Part shown: piece after piece, positions 46,629 to 55,427 of the stretch
Layout of the letters: every line of letters begins with the position of its first letter
Position numbering within the stretch: the stretch's first letter is position 1
Source of the DNA: Acidimicrobiales bacterium
GTDB taxonomy: Bacteria > Actinomycetota > Acidimicrobiia > Acidimicrobiales > VFJN01
Direction: 5' to 3'
Assembly (NCBI GenBank): GCA_035697145.1
Contig: DASSDL010000141.1
Coordinates: 13,281-77,280, forward strand
Length of the DNA stretch: 64,000 nt
Translations under genes and position numbers: made by a program
The notes under the pieces: model-generated
The model's input: the letters and a program-made list of their open reading frames with translations, nothing else
What the model was told of the DNA's origin: nothing
The model's database searches: none

Positions 46629-47080
46629 CGACCCAGGCCCAGACCCCCGCTCTTGCACTTCACGCACAGCGCGGCGTACGGCAGGGCCCGGAGTCGCTCC
46701 TTGGGGATCGTGGTGCCGCACGAGTCGCACTTGCCATAGGAACCCTCGTGGATCTTCTCGATCGCCCGGTCGATCTGCTCGATGGCGGCCCGGGCCTGCG
46801 CGGACAGCGCCAGGTCACGTTCGCGCTCGACGGCCAGAGTGTCACCCTCGCCCGACTCCTCGTCGAACTGGACGTCTCCCGGCTCGCGGTCCTCGGTGAG
46901 CGAGTCGGCCTCGGCCTGCAGGCTCTCGGCCTGCCGCAGGTACGTGGCCCGCTCCTCGGTCAAGGCCTGGAGTTGACCCTCGAGGAACTTGTCGAGCGTT
47001 GGGGTCCCGCCCGAGCGCTTGGTGGCCCTGGAGCGGGAGGCAGACTTGCGGGCAGGAGCGGCTTTCGTGGCTCTGGGCAT
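46625..47080 (-). CDS. DksA/TraR-family C4 zinc-finger protein
   Basis: A coiled-coil N-terminal part and the C-terminal motif GSYGKCDSCGTTIPKERLRALPYAALCVKC. Confidence 0.85.
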   Translation of the reverse strand: MPRATKAAPARKSASRSRATKRSGGTPTLDKFLEGQLQALTEERATYLRQAESLQAEADSLTEDREPGDVQFDEESGEGDTLAVERERDLALSAQARAAIEQIDRAIEKIHEGSYGKCDSCGTTIPKERLRALPYAALCVKCKSGGLGLGR

Positions 47081-47205
47081 GAGGGATCTCGCCGTCCTCG
47101 GGAAAAGGGTGCCGGATGGTACGCCGACCCCCGCAGGGGGTCAAGGGAAGGCGTGCAGGATACGCGTGAGAGGGCCGAATCCCACCGCGGCCTACGCTGA
47201 GCAAC
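47081..47205 (+). promoter_or_regulatory. ileS upstream region with nested hairpin; weak T-box-like sequence
   Basis: GACCCCC-GCA-GGGGGTC (47126-47142) is enclosed by GTACGCC (47119-47125) pairing with GGCGTGC (47150-47156). Upstream lie AAAAGGGTG..GGATGGTACGCCG, which resembles the T-box consensus, and an ATC triplet at 47086-47088. No clear SD precedes the ATG at 47206. Confidence 0.3.
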
Positions 47206-50200
47206 ATGCCTTTTGGCCCCGTCGACCCCGGCCTGGACCTCCCCGGTCTCGAGGAGCGGGTGCTGGCCCGTTGGCGCGAGCACGAGGTCGTCGAGGAGGT
47301 GGCACGGCTGCGCAAGGGCGCCGAGCCCTGGAACTTCTACGAGGGGCCCCCCACCGCCAACGGCCGGCCCGGCCTGCACCACGCGTGGGCCCGGGCGTTC
47401 AAGGACCTGTTCCCCCGCTTCCAGACCATGCGGGGCCGCGACGTGTCCCGCAAGGGTGGGTGGGACTGCCACGGCCTGCCCGTCGAGCTGGAGGTCGAGA
47501 AGGAGCTCGGACTGGCCACCAAGGCCGACATCGAGGCGTACGGCATCGAGGCCTTCAACCAGCGCTGCCGGGAGTCGGTGCAGCGCTACGTGGAGGATTG
47601 GTCGGCACTCACGCAGCGCTCGGCCGTGTGGATCGACACCGCCGACGCCTATTGGACGCTGGCCAACGACTACATCGAGTCGGTCTGGTGGATCATCCGT
47701 CAGCTGTGGGACAAGGGCCTGCTCTATGAGGGCCACCGGGTCACGCCCTACTGCGGGCGATGCGGGACCGCGCTCAGCTCGCACGAGGTGGCCCAGGGCT
47801 ACGAGGACGTCGTCGATCCCTCGATCTACGTGCGCTTCCCCCTCACCGGCGAGGCCGACGGTTCGGCTGCGCCCGACGCCGACCTGCTGGTGTGGACCAC
47901 CACGCCCTGGACGCTCATCTCCAACGTGGCGGCGGCGGTCGGTCCCGCGTTCACCTACGTGCGCATCGCCGCCTCGGGCGGGGGCCGCGACCTGGTCCTG
48001 GGCGAGCGGGCCGCGGCGCGGTTGTTCCCCGAGGCCGAGGTGCGGGAGCGGTGGCGCGGCACCGACCTGGCCGGCTGGCGCTACCGGCGGCCCTTCGACT
48101 TCGTCGACCCGCCCGCCGGGCCTGAGGCAGCGTCGGACGGATGGCGCGTCGTCGTCGCCGGCTACGTGAGCGACGACGATGGTTCCGGCATCGTCCACTT
48201 GGCGCCCGCGTTCGGGGAGGACGACGCGCAGGTGGGCCGCGCCGAGGGGCTGCCGGTGCTCAATCCGGTGGACGCCGAGGCCTCCTTCGACGACACGGTG
48301 CCGCCGTGGCAGGGGCGCTTCGTCAAGGATGCCGACCCCGAGATCATCGCCGACCTCCGCCGACGTGGCCTGCTGGTGGCCGAGCAGCCCTACGAGCACA
48401 GCTATCCCCACTGCTGGCGCTGCGGCACCCCGCTCATCTACTGGGCCAAGACGTCGTGGTTCGTCCGCACCGAGGAACGGCGCGCCGACCTGCTGGCCCA
48501 GAACGAGGCCGTCACCTGGTACCCCGACCACATCAAGCACGGCCGGTTCGGGCGCTGGCTCGAGTCCAACATCGATTGGGCCCTGTCGCGCGACCGCTAC
48601 TGGGGGACGCCCCTGCCGATCTGGCGCTGCCGGGGCTGCGGCTCGGACACGTGCATCGGGTCCCTGGCCGAGCTCGCGGAGTTGGCGGGAGGCGACCTGT
48701 CCGACATCGATCTGCACCGGCCCTATGTCGACGACATCACGTGGACGTGCACCGAGCCCGGGTGCCAGGGCACGGCCCGCCGCCTCCTGCCGGTGCTGGA
48801 CGCCTGGTTCGACTCGGGATCGATGCCGTCGGCGCAGTTCCACCACCCGTTCGCCGACGACGGGCGCTTCGAGGCCAGCTTCCCCGCCCACTTCATCTGC
48901 GAGGCCATCGACCAGACGCGTGGGTGGTTCTACTCGCTGCTGGCGGTCAACACGCTGGTGTTCGGCTCCACGCCCTACCGCAACGTCCTCTGCCTCGGGC
49001 TCCTCGTCGACGAGCAGGGCCAGAAGATGTCGAAGTCGAAGGGCAACGTCATCGATCCCTGGCAGATCTTCAGCGGCTTCGGCGCCGATGCCCTGCGCTG
49101 GTACTTCTTCTCGGCCGGCCAGCCGTGGTCGACCAGGCGGGTGTTCGAGGAAGGCATCCGTGAGTCCACGCGGCAGACCCTGCTGACACTGTGGAACGTC
49201 TTCAGCTTCTTCGTCACCTACGCCGATCTCGACGGCTGGCGGCCCGCCCCCGGCGGGGAGCCCCCGGAGCCGACCCACGTGCTCGACCGCTGGCTGCTGG
49301 GCGAGCTCGACGCCACCGTGTCCGGGGTGACGGACGCCCTCGAGGAGTTCGACGCCCTCGGTGGCGCCACCCGCCTGGCCCGGTTCGTCGACGACCTGTC
49401 GAACTGGTACGTCCGCCGCAGCCGGCCCCGGTTCTGGAAGGCGAACGACCCCGACGCCCACGCCACCCTGCACCACGCTCTGGTGGTGACCTGCAAGCTG
49501 CTGGCGCCGTTCTGTCCCTTCCTGGCCGACGAGCTCTACGTGACACTGACGGGCGACGTCTCGGTGCACCTGTCCGACTGGCCGCTGCCGACCGGTGCCG
49601 GCGACCAGGCGCTGGCCGCGCAGATGAGCGGTGCCCGGCGCCTCGTGGTCCTCGGCCGGGCCGCCCGTACCGATGCCAAGGTCAAGGTGCGCCAGCCGCT
49701 GCGCCGCGCGCTGCTGCTGCATCCCGGCGCCACGCTCGGGAGCGAGGCGCTCGACGAGATCGCGTCGGAGCTCAACGTCAAGGCGCTCGACGACGTCGAC
49801 ACCCTCTCGGGGCTGATGTCGTGGACGATCGTGCCCAACTTCCGGGCGCTCGGTCCCCGCCTGGGACCGCAGGTCAACGATGTGAAGCGGGCGTTGGCCG
49901 AGGCCGACGGGTCGGCGTTGCGGCGCCGACTCGACGCCGACGGGTTCATCGAGGTGGCCGGCCAGCGCCTGACCGCCGACGAGGTCGAGGTCCGGGCCAA
50001 CCGGCACGAGGACTTTGCCCTGGCCGAGGACGGCGGCTGGGCGGTGGCGCTCGACCTCGAGCTCGACGACCAGCTACGGCGGGAGGGACTGGCCCGTGAG
50101 CTGGTGCGGAGCCTCAACGACCTCCGCAAGGACGTGGGGCTCGACATCGCCGACCGCGTCGCCCTCACGGTCCGGGCCGACGACGAGGTCTGGGCCGCGC

Positions 50201-50328
50201 TCGACGCCCATCGCGGCTACGTGATGAACGAGGTCCTGGCGGTCGCTCTCACCAGGACCGGCACCGACGGCGCCCATGCGCTCACCGTTGACGGCCACGA
50301 GGTCGCCGTGACCATCGACCCGGCTTAG
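47206..50328 (+). CDS. ileS: isoleucine--tRNA ligase (long, actinobacterial/type-2-like form)
   Basis: 1040-aa ORF with a HIGH-region PPTANGRPGLHH, the CP1 editing domain, KMSKSKGN, and an N-terminus (LDLPGLEERVLARW) typical of IleS. Confidence 0.97.
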   Translation: MPFGPVDPGLDLPGLEERVLARWREHEVVEEVARLRKGAEPWNFYEGPPTANGRPGLHHAWARAFKDLFPRFQTMRGRDVSRKGGWDCHGLPVELEVEKELGLATKADIEAYGIEAFNQRCRESVQRYVEDWSALTQRSAVWIDTADAYWTLANDYIESVWWIIRQLWDKGLLYEGHRVTPYCGRCGTALSSHEVAQGYEDVVDPSIYVRFPLTGEADGSAAPDADLLVWTTTPWTLISNVAAAVGPAFTYVRIAASGGGRDLVLGERAAARLFPEAEVRERWRGTDLAGWRYRRPFDFVDPPAGPEAASDGWRVVVAGYVSDDDGSGIVHLAPAFGEDDAQVGRAEGLPVLNPVDAEASFDDTVPPWQGRFVKDADPEIIADLRRRGLLVAEQPYEHSYPHCWRCGTPLIYWAKTSWFVRTEERRADLLAQNEAVTWYPDHIKHGRFGRWLESNIDWALSRDRYWGTPLPIWRCRGCGSDTCIGSLAELAELAGGDLSDIDLHRPYVDDITWTCTEPGCQGTARRLLPVLDAWFDSGSMPSAQFHHPFADDGRFEASFPAHFICEAIDQTRGWFYSLLAVNTLVFGSTPYRNVLCLGLLVDEQGQKMSKSKGNVIDPWQIFSGFGADALRWYFFSAGQPWSTRRVFEEGIRESTRQTLLTLWNVFSFFVTYADLDGWRPAPGGEPPEPTHVLDRWLLGELDATVSGVTDALEEFDALGGATRLARFVDDLSNWYVRRSRPRFWKANDPDAHATLHHALVVTCKLLAPFCPFLADELYVTLTGDVSVHLSDWPLPTGAGDQALAAQMSGARRLVVLGRAARTDAKVKVRQPLRRALLLHPGATLGSEALDEIASELNVKALDDVDTLSGLMSWTIVPNFRALGPRLGPQVNDVKRALAEADGSALRRRLDADGFIEVAGQRLTADEVEVRANRHEDFALAEDGGWAVALDLELDDQLRREGLARELVRSLNDLRKDVGLDIADRVALTVRADDEVWAALDAHRGYVMNEVLAVALTRTGTDGAHALTVDGHEVAVTIDPA

Positions 50329-50330
50329 GA

Positions 50331-50457
50331 GCCGAGCGGATAGGCCTGCTCGTTCAGCCCACGCGTGGGCATTTGGCGGCCGGAGACGTCCTCACAGCGA
50401 GGCGCCCCGGCAACGCAGGATCGCAAGCCGCGCCGGACGTGACCCATCCGCGCAAGT
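50331..50457. repeat. intergenic repeat element copy B (127 nt)
   Basis: It begins 3 nt after the ileS stop. GCCGAGCGGATAGG...CCCACGCGTGGGCATTTG...CCCATCCGCGCAAGT is colinear with copy A (GCCCAGCGGATAGG...CACCCGCGTGGGAATTTG...CCTATCCGCGCACGT). The termini form an imperfect inverted repeat (GCGGATAGG / CCCATCCGC). Confidence 0.65.
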
Positions 50458-50466
50458 CTTTAGGTA

Positions 50467-51564
50467 TCAGCTCTCCGGCGGGTCGGGCTGCTCGGGATCG
50501 AAGATGGCCCGCCCCCACTCGCTGGGTCGGCTCTCGGGCTCGGCCGCCGCATCAGTGCCATTGGCCCCGGGTTCACCGCCGGGAGCCAGCGTCTCGCCGG
50601 CAGAGGGTGACGGCGCCGACGGCGGCATCGGGGCGGGCGGCTCGTCACCCACCGACGTACGCAGCTCGGACGGCAGCCACGGGATGCGTTCCTCTCTCCC
50701 GCCGCCGCTCACGCGGTGAGCGTCACCCGGCGCCATGAACGGCATCGGCTGGTTCCACGGGCCGTTGTCGGACGCAGGCGGCTCCTGGAGGGCGGCGACA
50801 TGGCCACTCGTAGTTCCGGCGCCGAACGACGCCGGGTCGTCGGCGGGGTCGGATGGCGGTGGCGCCGGCGGGGTCGCGGCCGAGCGGGACCCGAACGCCG
50901 CTCGGCTGGGAAGGGGTGGGGCCGCAGGGCGTTCGATGTCGGCGAAGGCGGGCACCGGGCCTGGGGTCAGCCGGGCGTCGTCGTCGACGATTCTGTGCAG
51001 CTCGGCGATCCCGGCGCGGATGCGCTCGCGCTGCTCGTCGATGTGGCGGTTCAGCACGTCGAGGTCGGCCCGGAGCGCCTCGCGCTGGTCGACCAGGTCG
51101 TCGAGCTCCGCCTCGACGGAGGCCCGGGCATGGTCGGCACCCCGCCGCGCCTCGTCCTCGGCGGCGCCCCGGGTGCGCATGGCTTCGGCCCGGGCCTCGT
51201 CCAGCAGGCGGTTGGCCTCCTGCTTTGCCTCCTTGATGGTGGCGTCGGCAGTGCGCTGGGCCAGCACGAGTGTGCGCCGCAGCGTGTCGTCGGTCTCGTT
51301 GACACCGGCCTGGTGGAATCCCGGGGCCGCTGCCGGCGCCGCGCTCGGCCCCCGGCGCTGTACCTCCTCGAGTTGCCGCTGCATGTCGAGCAATCGTGCC
51401 TCGGCGGTCTCGGCCCGGGCGCCGACCTCACGCAGGCGCTCGTGCAGCTGCCCGACACCTGCGGCCACACGCTCCAGGAAGTCGTCGACGTCGCGGGTGT
51501 TGTAGCCACCGCGCCGTGCCTCCCGGAACTCGACAGCGTGAAGCGTCTGCGGGGTCAGTTCCAT
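50467..51564 (-). CDS. divIVA: DivIVA-domain cell-pole/division protein (Wag31-like)
   Basis: MELTPQTLHAVEFREARRGGYNTRDVDDFLERV is the canonical DivIVA N-terminus. It is followed by coiled coil and a Pro-rich tail. Confidence 0.9.
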   Translation of the reverse strand: MELTPQTLHAVEFREARRGGYNTRDVDDFLERVAAGVGQLHERLREVGARAETAEARLLDMQRQLEEVQRRGPSAAPAAAPGFHQAGVNETDDTLRRTLVLAQRTADATIKEAKQEANRLLDEARAEAMRTRGAAEDEARRGADHARASVEAELDDLVDQREALRADLDVLNRHIDEQRERIRAGIAELHRIVDDDARLTPGPVPAFADIERPAAPPLPSRAAFGSRSAATPPAPPPSDPADDPASFGAGTTSGHVAALQEPPASDNGPWNQPMPFMAPGDAHRVSGGGREERIPWLPSELRTSVGDEPPAPMPPSAPSPSAGETLAPGGEPGANGTDAAAEPESRPSEWGRAIFDPEQPDPPES

Positions 51565-51666
51565 GGCGCGACAGAGTAACGAACCCGGTCAAGGCGAACT
51601 GAAGCTCGGCCCCGGCGTCCTCAGAACATGCGCGTATGGGTCACGTGGCACCATCCGCCCGGCCTC

Positions 51667-51918
51667 TCAGCAGATCGCTCGGTACACGATCTGACCTACG
51701 AGGAAGACGATGATCGGTGACAGGTCGAGCGCCGCTACGCCCATGCGGATCGGTGGCAACAGCGAGCGGATTGGCGCCAGCACCGGCTCGGTCAGCCGGT
51801 AGAAGACGTCGTAGATCTGGGCGTAGGTCGTGCCCGGCGTGGGCAGGAACCAGCTCATGATGATGCGGGCGAAGATGACCAGCATGTAGAGCTGGATCGC
51901 GATGCAGACGATGATCAC
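51667..51918 (-). CDS. yggT: YggT-family membrane protein
   Basis: 83-aa, two-TM protein (YMLVIFARIIMSW..P...LP........DLSPIIVFL) in the conserved sepF-yggT-divIVA position. Confidence 0.8.
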   Translation of the reverse strand: MIIVCIAIQLYMLVIFARIIMSWFLPTPGTTYAQIYDVFYRLTEPVLAPIRSLLPPIRMGVAALDLSPIIVFLVGQIVYRAIC

Positions 51919-51979
51919 GGGTGGGGTGGCTCCCGACGGTGCTGGCGAAGACGGGCGGGCGGACGGACGAGGCGGGCGT

Positions 51980-52648
51980 TCAGGCTTCGTAGCCTCGCTC
52001 GCGGAGGCGACGCCTCTCCTCGAGCGAGACTTCGACGTCGTTCGGCGTCAGAAGATAGACCTGGTTCGCCACCCGCTCCATCTGGCCGCCAAGGCCGTAG
52101 CAGAGGCCGCTGGCGAAGTCGATGATGCGACGGGAGAGGTCGCGGTCGACACCCTGGAGGTTGAGGATCACCGGGACATTGACCTTGAACTTGTCGGCCA
52201 CGTCCTGCGCGTCGTTGAACGATGTGGGCCCGACCACGAATGGCTTGGTGGTCGTGCCGGGCGCCAGGGGTCGCACGACCCCGCGGCGGCCGCGTCCCGG
52301 GCGGTCGACGTCGGACCCGCGCCGGGTCGCCACCGGATCGCGCCCGGGCGAGACGTCCCCGGTCAGGTCCTCTCCGCCCGCGTGGCCGTGCGCGTGGCCG
52401 TGCGCGTGGCCGTGCGCGTGGCCGTTGCCGTTGCGGTCGTCGCCGTGGCGGTCTGGTGCCAGCGTGCGCACCGATCCGCTGGGCTCCGGGTCACGTTGCA
52501 CTGAGCCCGAGCTGCTCCGCCGGCCCGACGAGCGCGCCGGGCCCGAGTGCGGCGCCACCGGGTGCTCGCCGGTGACGTCGAAGTCGTCGTACTCGTCGTC
52601 GGGGCCCAGCCCCAGGTAGAGCATCGCCTTGCGCCACATCGATGCCAT
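51980..52648 (-). CDS. sepF: cell division protein SepF
   Basis: An N-terminal membrane-targeting helix (MASMWRKAMLYLGL) and the C-terminal FtsZ-binding domain (FNDAQDVADKFKVNVPVILNLQGVD..SRRIIDFASGL.YGLGG.MERV). The linker contains a (HAHG)n repeat. Confidence 0.9.
   Translation of the reverse strand: MASMWRKAMLYLGLGPDDEYDDFDVTGEHPVAPHSGPARSSGRRSSSGSVQRDPEPSGSVRTLAPDRHGDDRNGNGHAHGHAHGHAHGHAGGEDLTGDVSPGRDPVATRRGSDVDRPGRGRRGVVRPLAPGTTTKPFVVGPTSFNDAQDVADKFKVNVPVILNLQGVDRDLSRRIIDFASGLCYGLGGQMERVANQVYLLTPNDVEVSLEERRRLRERGYEA
52382..52425. repeat. 12-nt tandem repeat (about 3.7 copies) inside sepF
   Basis: GTGGCCGTGCGC occurs at 52382, 52394 and 52406, with a partial fourth unit. On the coding strand it encodes GHAHGHAHGHAHGHA. 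Confidence 0.9.
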
Positions 52649-52674
52649 GAGTCCTCCACGGCCGTGTCTGGTAA

Positions 52675-53361
52675 CTAGTCTCGCACCCCCACCGGATCGG
52701 GACGCGGACCGAAAAGGTCACGGCCGACGCGGACCATCGTGGCCCCCTCCTGCACCGCGACCTCGAGATCGTCGGACATCCCCATCGACAACTCCTCCAG
52801 CCCCAGCGGCTGCGCCAGGTCGCCCAGAGCCCGAAATGCCGCCCGGGCCGCCTCGGCGGGACCGGCCGGTGCGATCGTCATCAGCCCGCGCACGTCGAGG
52901 CCGAGGTCGAGCAGGCCGTCGACGAGCCCCGGCGCCATCGAGGGCTCGCAGCCGGCCTTGCTGGCCTCGCCGGAGGTGTTGACCTGAGCCAGCACGGCGG
53001 CGCCGGGCGCGAAGCGGGCGATCTCCGCCCCCAGGGCGAGGCGATCGACGCTGTGCCAGACCGAGACGTACGGCGCCGCCTTGCGCACCTTGTTGCGCTG
53101 CAGCCGACCGACGAAGTGCCAGCGCGGCCCCCGGTCGTCGGTGCTCGCCCCGAGCTCGGTGGCCTTGCCGACCAGTTCCTGCACGTAGCTCTCGCCGATG
53201 TCCTCGAGCCCCGCGTCGAGCGCCTCCCGCACGACGGCGGCGTCGAAACCCTTGGTGACCGCCACCAGACGCACCGCCTGTGGATCGCCGCCCGCCCGGG
53301 CGATGCGGTCCCGCACGGCCGCCACCCGACTGGGGAGGTCGATCGCGGCGGCCGTGTTCAT
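52675..53361 (-). CDS. yggS: YggS-family pyridoxal-phosphate homeostasis protein
   Basis: ATG 53361 (MNTAAAIDL). VRLVAVTKG (PLP lysine), WHFVGRLQRNKV, LSMGMSDD. The 920-aa track ORF is an artefactual upstream extension. Confidence 0.9.
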   Translation of the reverse strand: MNTAAAIDLPSRVAAVRDRIARAGGDPQAVRLVAVTKGFDAAVVREALDAGLEDIGESYVQELVGKATELGASTDDRGPRWHFVGRLQRNKVRKAAPYVSVWHSVDRLALGAEIARFAPGAAVLAQVNTSGEASKAGCEPSMAPGLVDGLLDLGLDVRGLMTIAPAGPAEAARAAFRALGDLAQPLGLEELSMGMSDDLEVAVQEGATMVRVGRDLFGPRPDPVGVRD

Positions 53362-54113
53362 CACTGTCCCCGCTGGGGCTGCGCCCCACAGCCATCGCCC
53401 TCGAGCCACACGACCATGGCCTGGCGTGCGGTGTCGCCGCGGGCCCGATGCGAGAACGTCGCCGGCGTGCCGCAGCCGGTGCACCCCGGCCCGGCGCGTG
53501 TCACCGCCGCACTGGGGATCGCTGCCAGCGCCGACGTGACGGCGGCCGGGAGGTCGAGGGCTGACCGGCCCGACCGGGTCGTCGCCCGGACGCTGTCGCC
53601 ATAGCGAACTGCGACGCGATCGAGGTCCGAGGCGCCGAACTCGTAGCAACAGGCGTGGATGCACGGGCCGATGACCGCCCGCAGCCGGGTGCCACCCGTC
53701 CGGCGGATGGCGTGCACCGCTGCTTCCACGACGCCGGCGACCAACCCCCGCCAGCCGACGTGAACGGCGGCCACCACACCCTCGTCGGCGACCAGCGCCA
53801 CGGGCGCGCAGTCGGCGGTCTGGATGGCCAGCGCTGCCCCCGGCCGCGCGGTCACCGCGGCGTCGGCGTAGGCACCGGCGTGCGCGCCGGGCTCCTCGAC
53901 GACGACCACCCGGTCGCCGTGGACCTGGTGGAGCCACGTCCACGGCAACGGCACCAGCGCGTGGCGCCGCGCCGCCAGGTCGTCCGCCCGCTGACCGACG
54001 GCGAAGTCCCCGTCGGCGGCGCTGGTCAACCGGACATGGGCCGTCAGCCCGGACGGCAACGCCAACGCCAACGATGTCGGCGGCACCACCGCGGTCGGCG
54101 CCCGGACACCCAC
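53361..54113 (-). CDS. pgeF: peptidoglycan editing factor PgeF (YfiH/laccase-domain protein)
   Basis: WLHQVHG, IQTADCAPV, AAVHVGWRG, PCIHACCYEFG. The exact start is uncertain. Confidence 0.85.
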   Translation of the reverse strand: MGVRAPTAVVPPTSLALALPSGLTAHVRLTSAADGDFAVGQRADDLAARRHALVPLPWTWLHQVHGDRVVVVEEPGAHAGAYADAAVTARPGAALAIQTADCAPVALVADEGVVAAVHVGWRGLVAGVVEAAVHAIRRTGGTRLRAVIGPCIHACCYEFGASDLDRVAVRYGDSVRATTRSGRSALDLPAAVTSALAAIPSAAVTRAGPGCTGCGTPATFSHRARGDTARQAMVVWLEGDGCGAQPQRGQ

Positions 54114-54128
54114 CGAGGACCTCCCCGG

Positions 54129-55250
54129 CTACTTGAGGAACGACGGGACGTCGAACTCGTCGTCGCTGTCGAGATCGAGATCGTCCAACGACGGCGAGAC
54201 CGAGCTCAGCGAGCCGGTGGTGTCCTCGAACGACGGCGCCCCCCTCGAGGTGTCTGACCCGTTGGCACCCCGCGCCCGCACCGTCCCCTTGCCGGTGTCG
54301 TCCCAGCGGTCGAACCCGGCGGCGATGACGGTGACCCGCACCTCGTCGCCCATCTCGTCGTCGATGATCGAGCCGAAGATGATGTTGGCGTCGGGGTGGG
54401 CGACGCCGTGGATGACCTCGGCCGCCTCGTTGACCTCGAACAGGCCGAGGTCGCTGCCGCCGGCAATGGTTAGCAGGATGCCGCGGGCGCCCTCGATCGA
54501 GGCCTCGAGCAACGGGCTGGAGATGGCGTTGCGCGATGCCTGGAGGGCGCGGCCCTCGCCGGACCCGTAGCCGATGCCCATCAGCGCCGAGCCGGCGTTG
54601 CTCATGATCATCTTCACGTCGGCGAAGTCGGTGTTGATGAGGCCGGGCGTGGTGATGAGGTCGGTGATGCCCTGCACGCCCTGCAGCAACACCTCGTCGG
54701 CCATCTTGAAGGCGTTGACCATCGACGTCTTCTCGTTGGACACGGTCAGCAACCGGTCGTTGGGGATGACGATGAGGGTGTCGACCTTCTCCTTGAGGTG
54801 CTGGATCCCCTGCTCCGCCTGCACCGCCCGGCGCCGGCCCTCGAACGAGAACGGCCGGGTCACCACGCCGATGGTGAGCGCCCCGATGCTCTTGGCGATC
54901 TCGGCCACCACCGGCGCACCCCCCGTGCCGGTGCCGCCGCCCTTGCCGGCGGTGATGAACACCATGTCGGCGCCCTTCAGGATCTCCTCGATCTCGTCGC
55001 TGTGCTCCTCCGCAGCCTGCCGGCCCACCTCGGGATCGCTGCCCGCCCCGAGGCCCCGCGTCAGCTCTCGACCGATGTCGAGCTTGGCGTCGGCATCGCT
55101 CATGAGCAGCGCCTGGGCGTCGGTGTTGATGGCGATGAACTCCACGCCCTTCAGCCCGGCGTCGATCATGCGGTTCACCGCGTTGACGCCGCCACCCCCG
55201 ATCCCGACCACTTTGATCACGGCCAAGTAGTTCTGCGGATTGCCGGCCAT
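54129..55250 (-). CDS. ftsZ: cell division GTPase FtsZ
   Basis: [17 protein letters not shown], the tubulin signature [20 protein letters not shown], and the conserved C-terminal peptide [19 protein letters not shown] prefer ATG 55250. Confidence 0.97.
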   Translation of the reverse strand: MAGNPQNYLAVIKVVGIGGGGVNAVNRMIDAGLKGVEFIAINTDAQALLMSDADAKLDIGRELTRGLGAGSDPEVGRQAAEEHSDEIEEILKGADMVFITAGKGGGTGTGGAPVVAEIAKSIGALTIGVVTRPFSFEGRRRAVQAEQGIQHLKEKVDTLIVIPNDRLLTVSNEKTSMVNAFKMADEVLLQGVQGITDLITTPGLINTDFADVKMIMSNAGSALMGIGYGSGEGRALQASRNAISSPLLEASIEGARGILLTIAGGSDLGLFEVNEAAEVIHGVAHPDANIIFGSIIDDEMGDEVRVTVIAAGFDRWDDTGKGTVRARGANGSDTSRGAPSFEDTTGSLSSVSPSLDDLDLDSDDEFDVPSFLK

Positions 55251-55427
55251 GGGTCGTCCCACCTCCACCTTCGAGGGTCACCGGGGAGAATTTGTCCGGC
55301 TCGGAACCGCCGTTGCTCCCGAGCAGGGGTTTCGAGAAAGTACCAAAGGCCCGCAGCCCCACCGGCACCGGCCTCAGCCTCAAGTGGAGGTCGATACTTT
55401 TCCTCAACCTCTGGTTGTTCTCGCAGC

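Noticed and set aside
46960-50007. 1015-aa ORF antisense to ileS. Similar very long ORFs include 27537-30236 (+), 30485-32878 (-), 39198-41108 (+), 6336-8513 (+) and 23359-25437 (-).
   Set aside because: Their translations are Arg/Pro/Gly/Ala-rich low-complexity strings with no motifs. Each lies antisense to, or out of frame with, a gene that has unambiguous family signatures. Long stop-free antisense frames are expected at this GC content.
52382-52425. Considered whether the 12-nt tandem repeat, or the 17-nt direct repeats at 26869 and 26999, could be a CRISPR array.
   Set aside because: The first is an in-frame coding microsatellite with no spacers. The second has only two repeats of 17 nt with a 113-nt spacer. 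No cas genes are present. Neither fits CRISPR geometry.
55405-55417. The 13-mer CAACCTCTGGTTG is shared by the ftsQ-ftsZ spacer (55405-55417) and the mraY-murD spacer (62546-62558). Both copies lie 11-16 nt downstream of a stop codon on the minus strand.
   Set aside because: A single shared 13-mer is within chance expectation for 64 kb compared against itself. The flanks do not align, and only the murD copy extends into a long stem. I kept it only as a note under the spacer finding.
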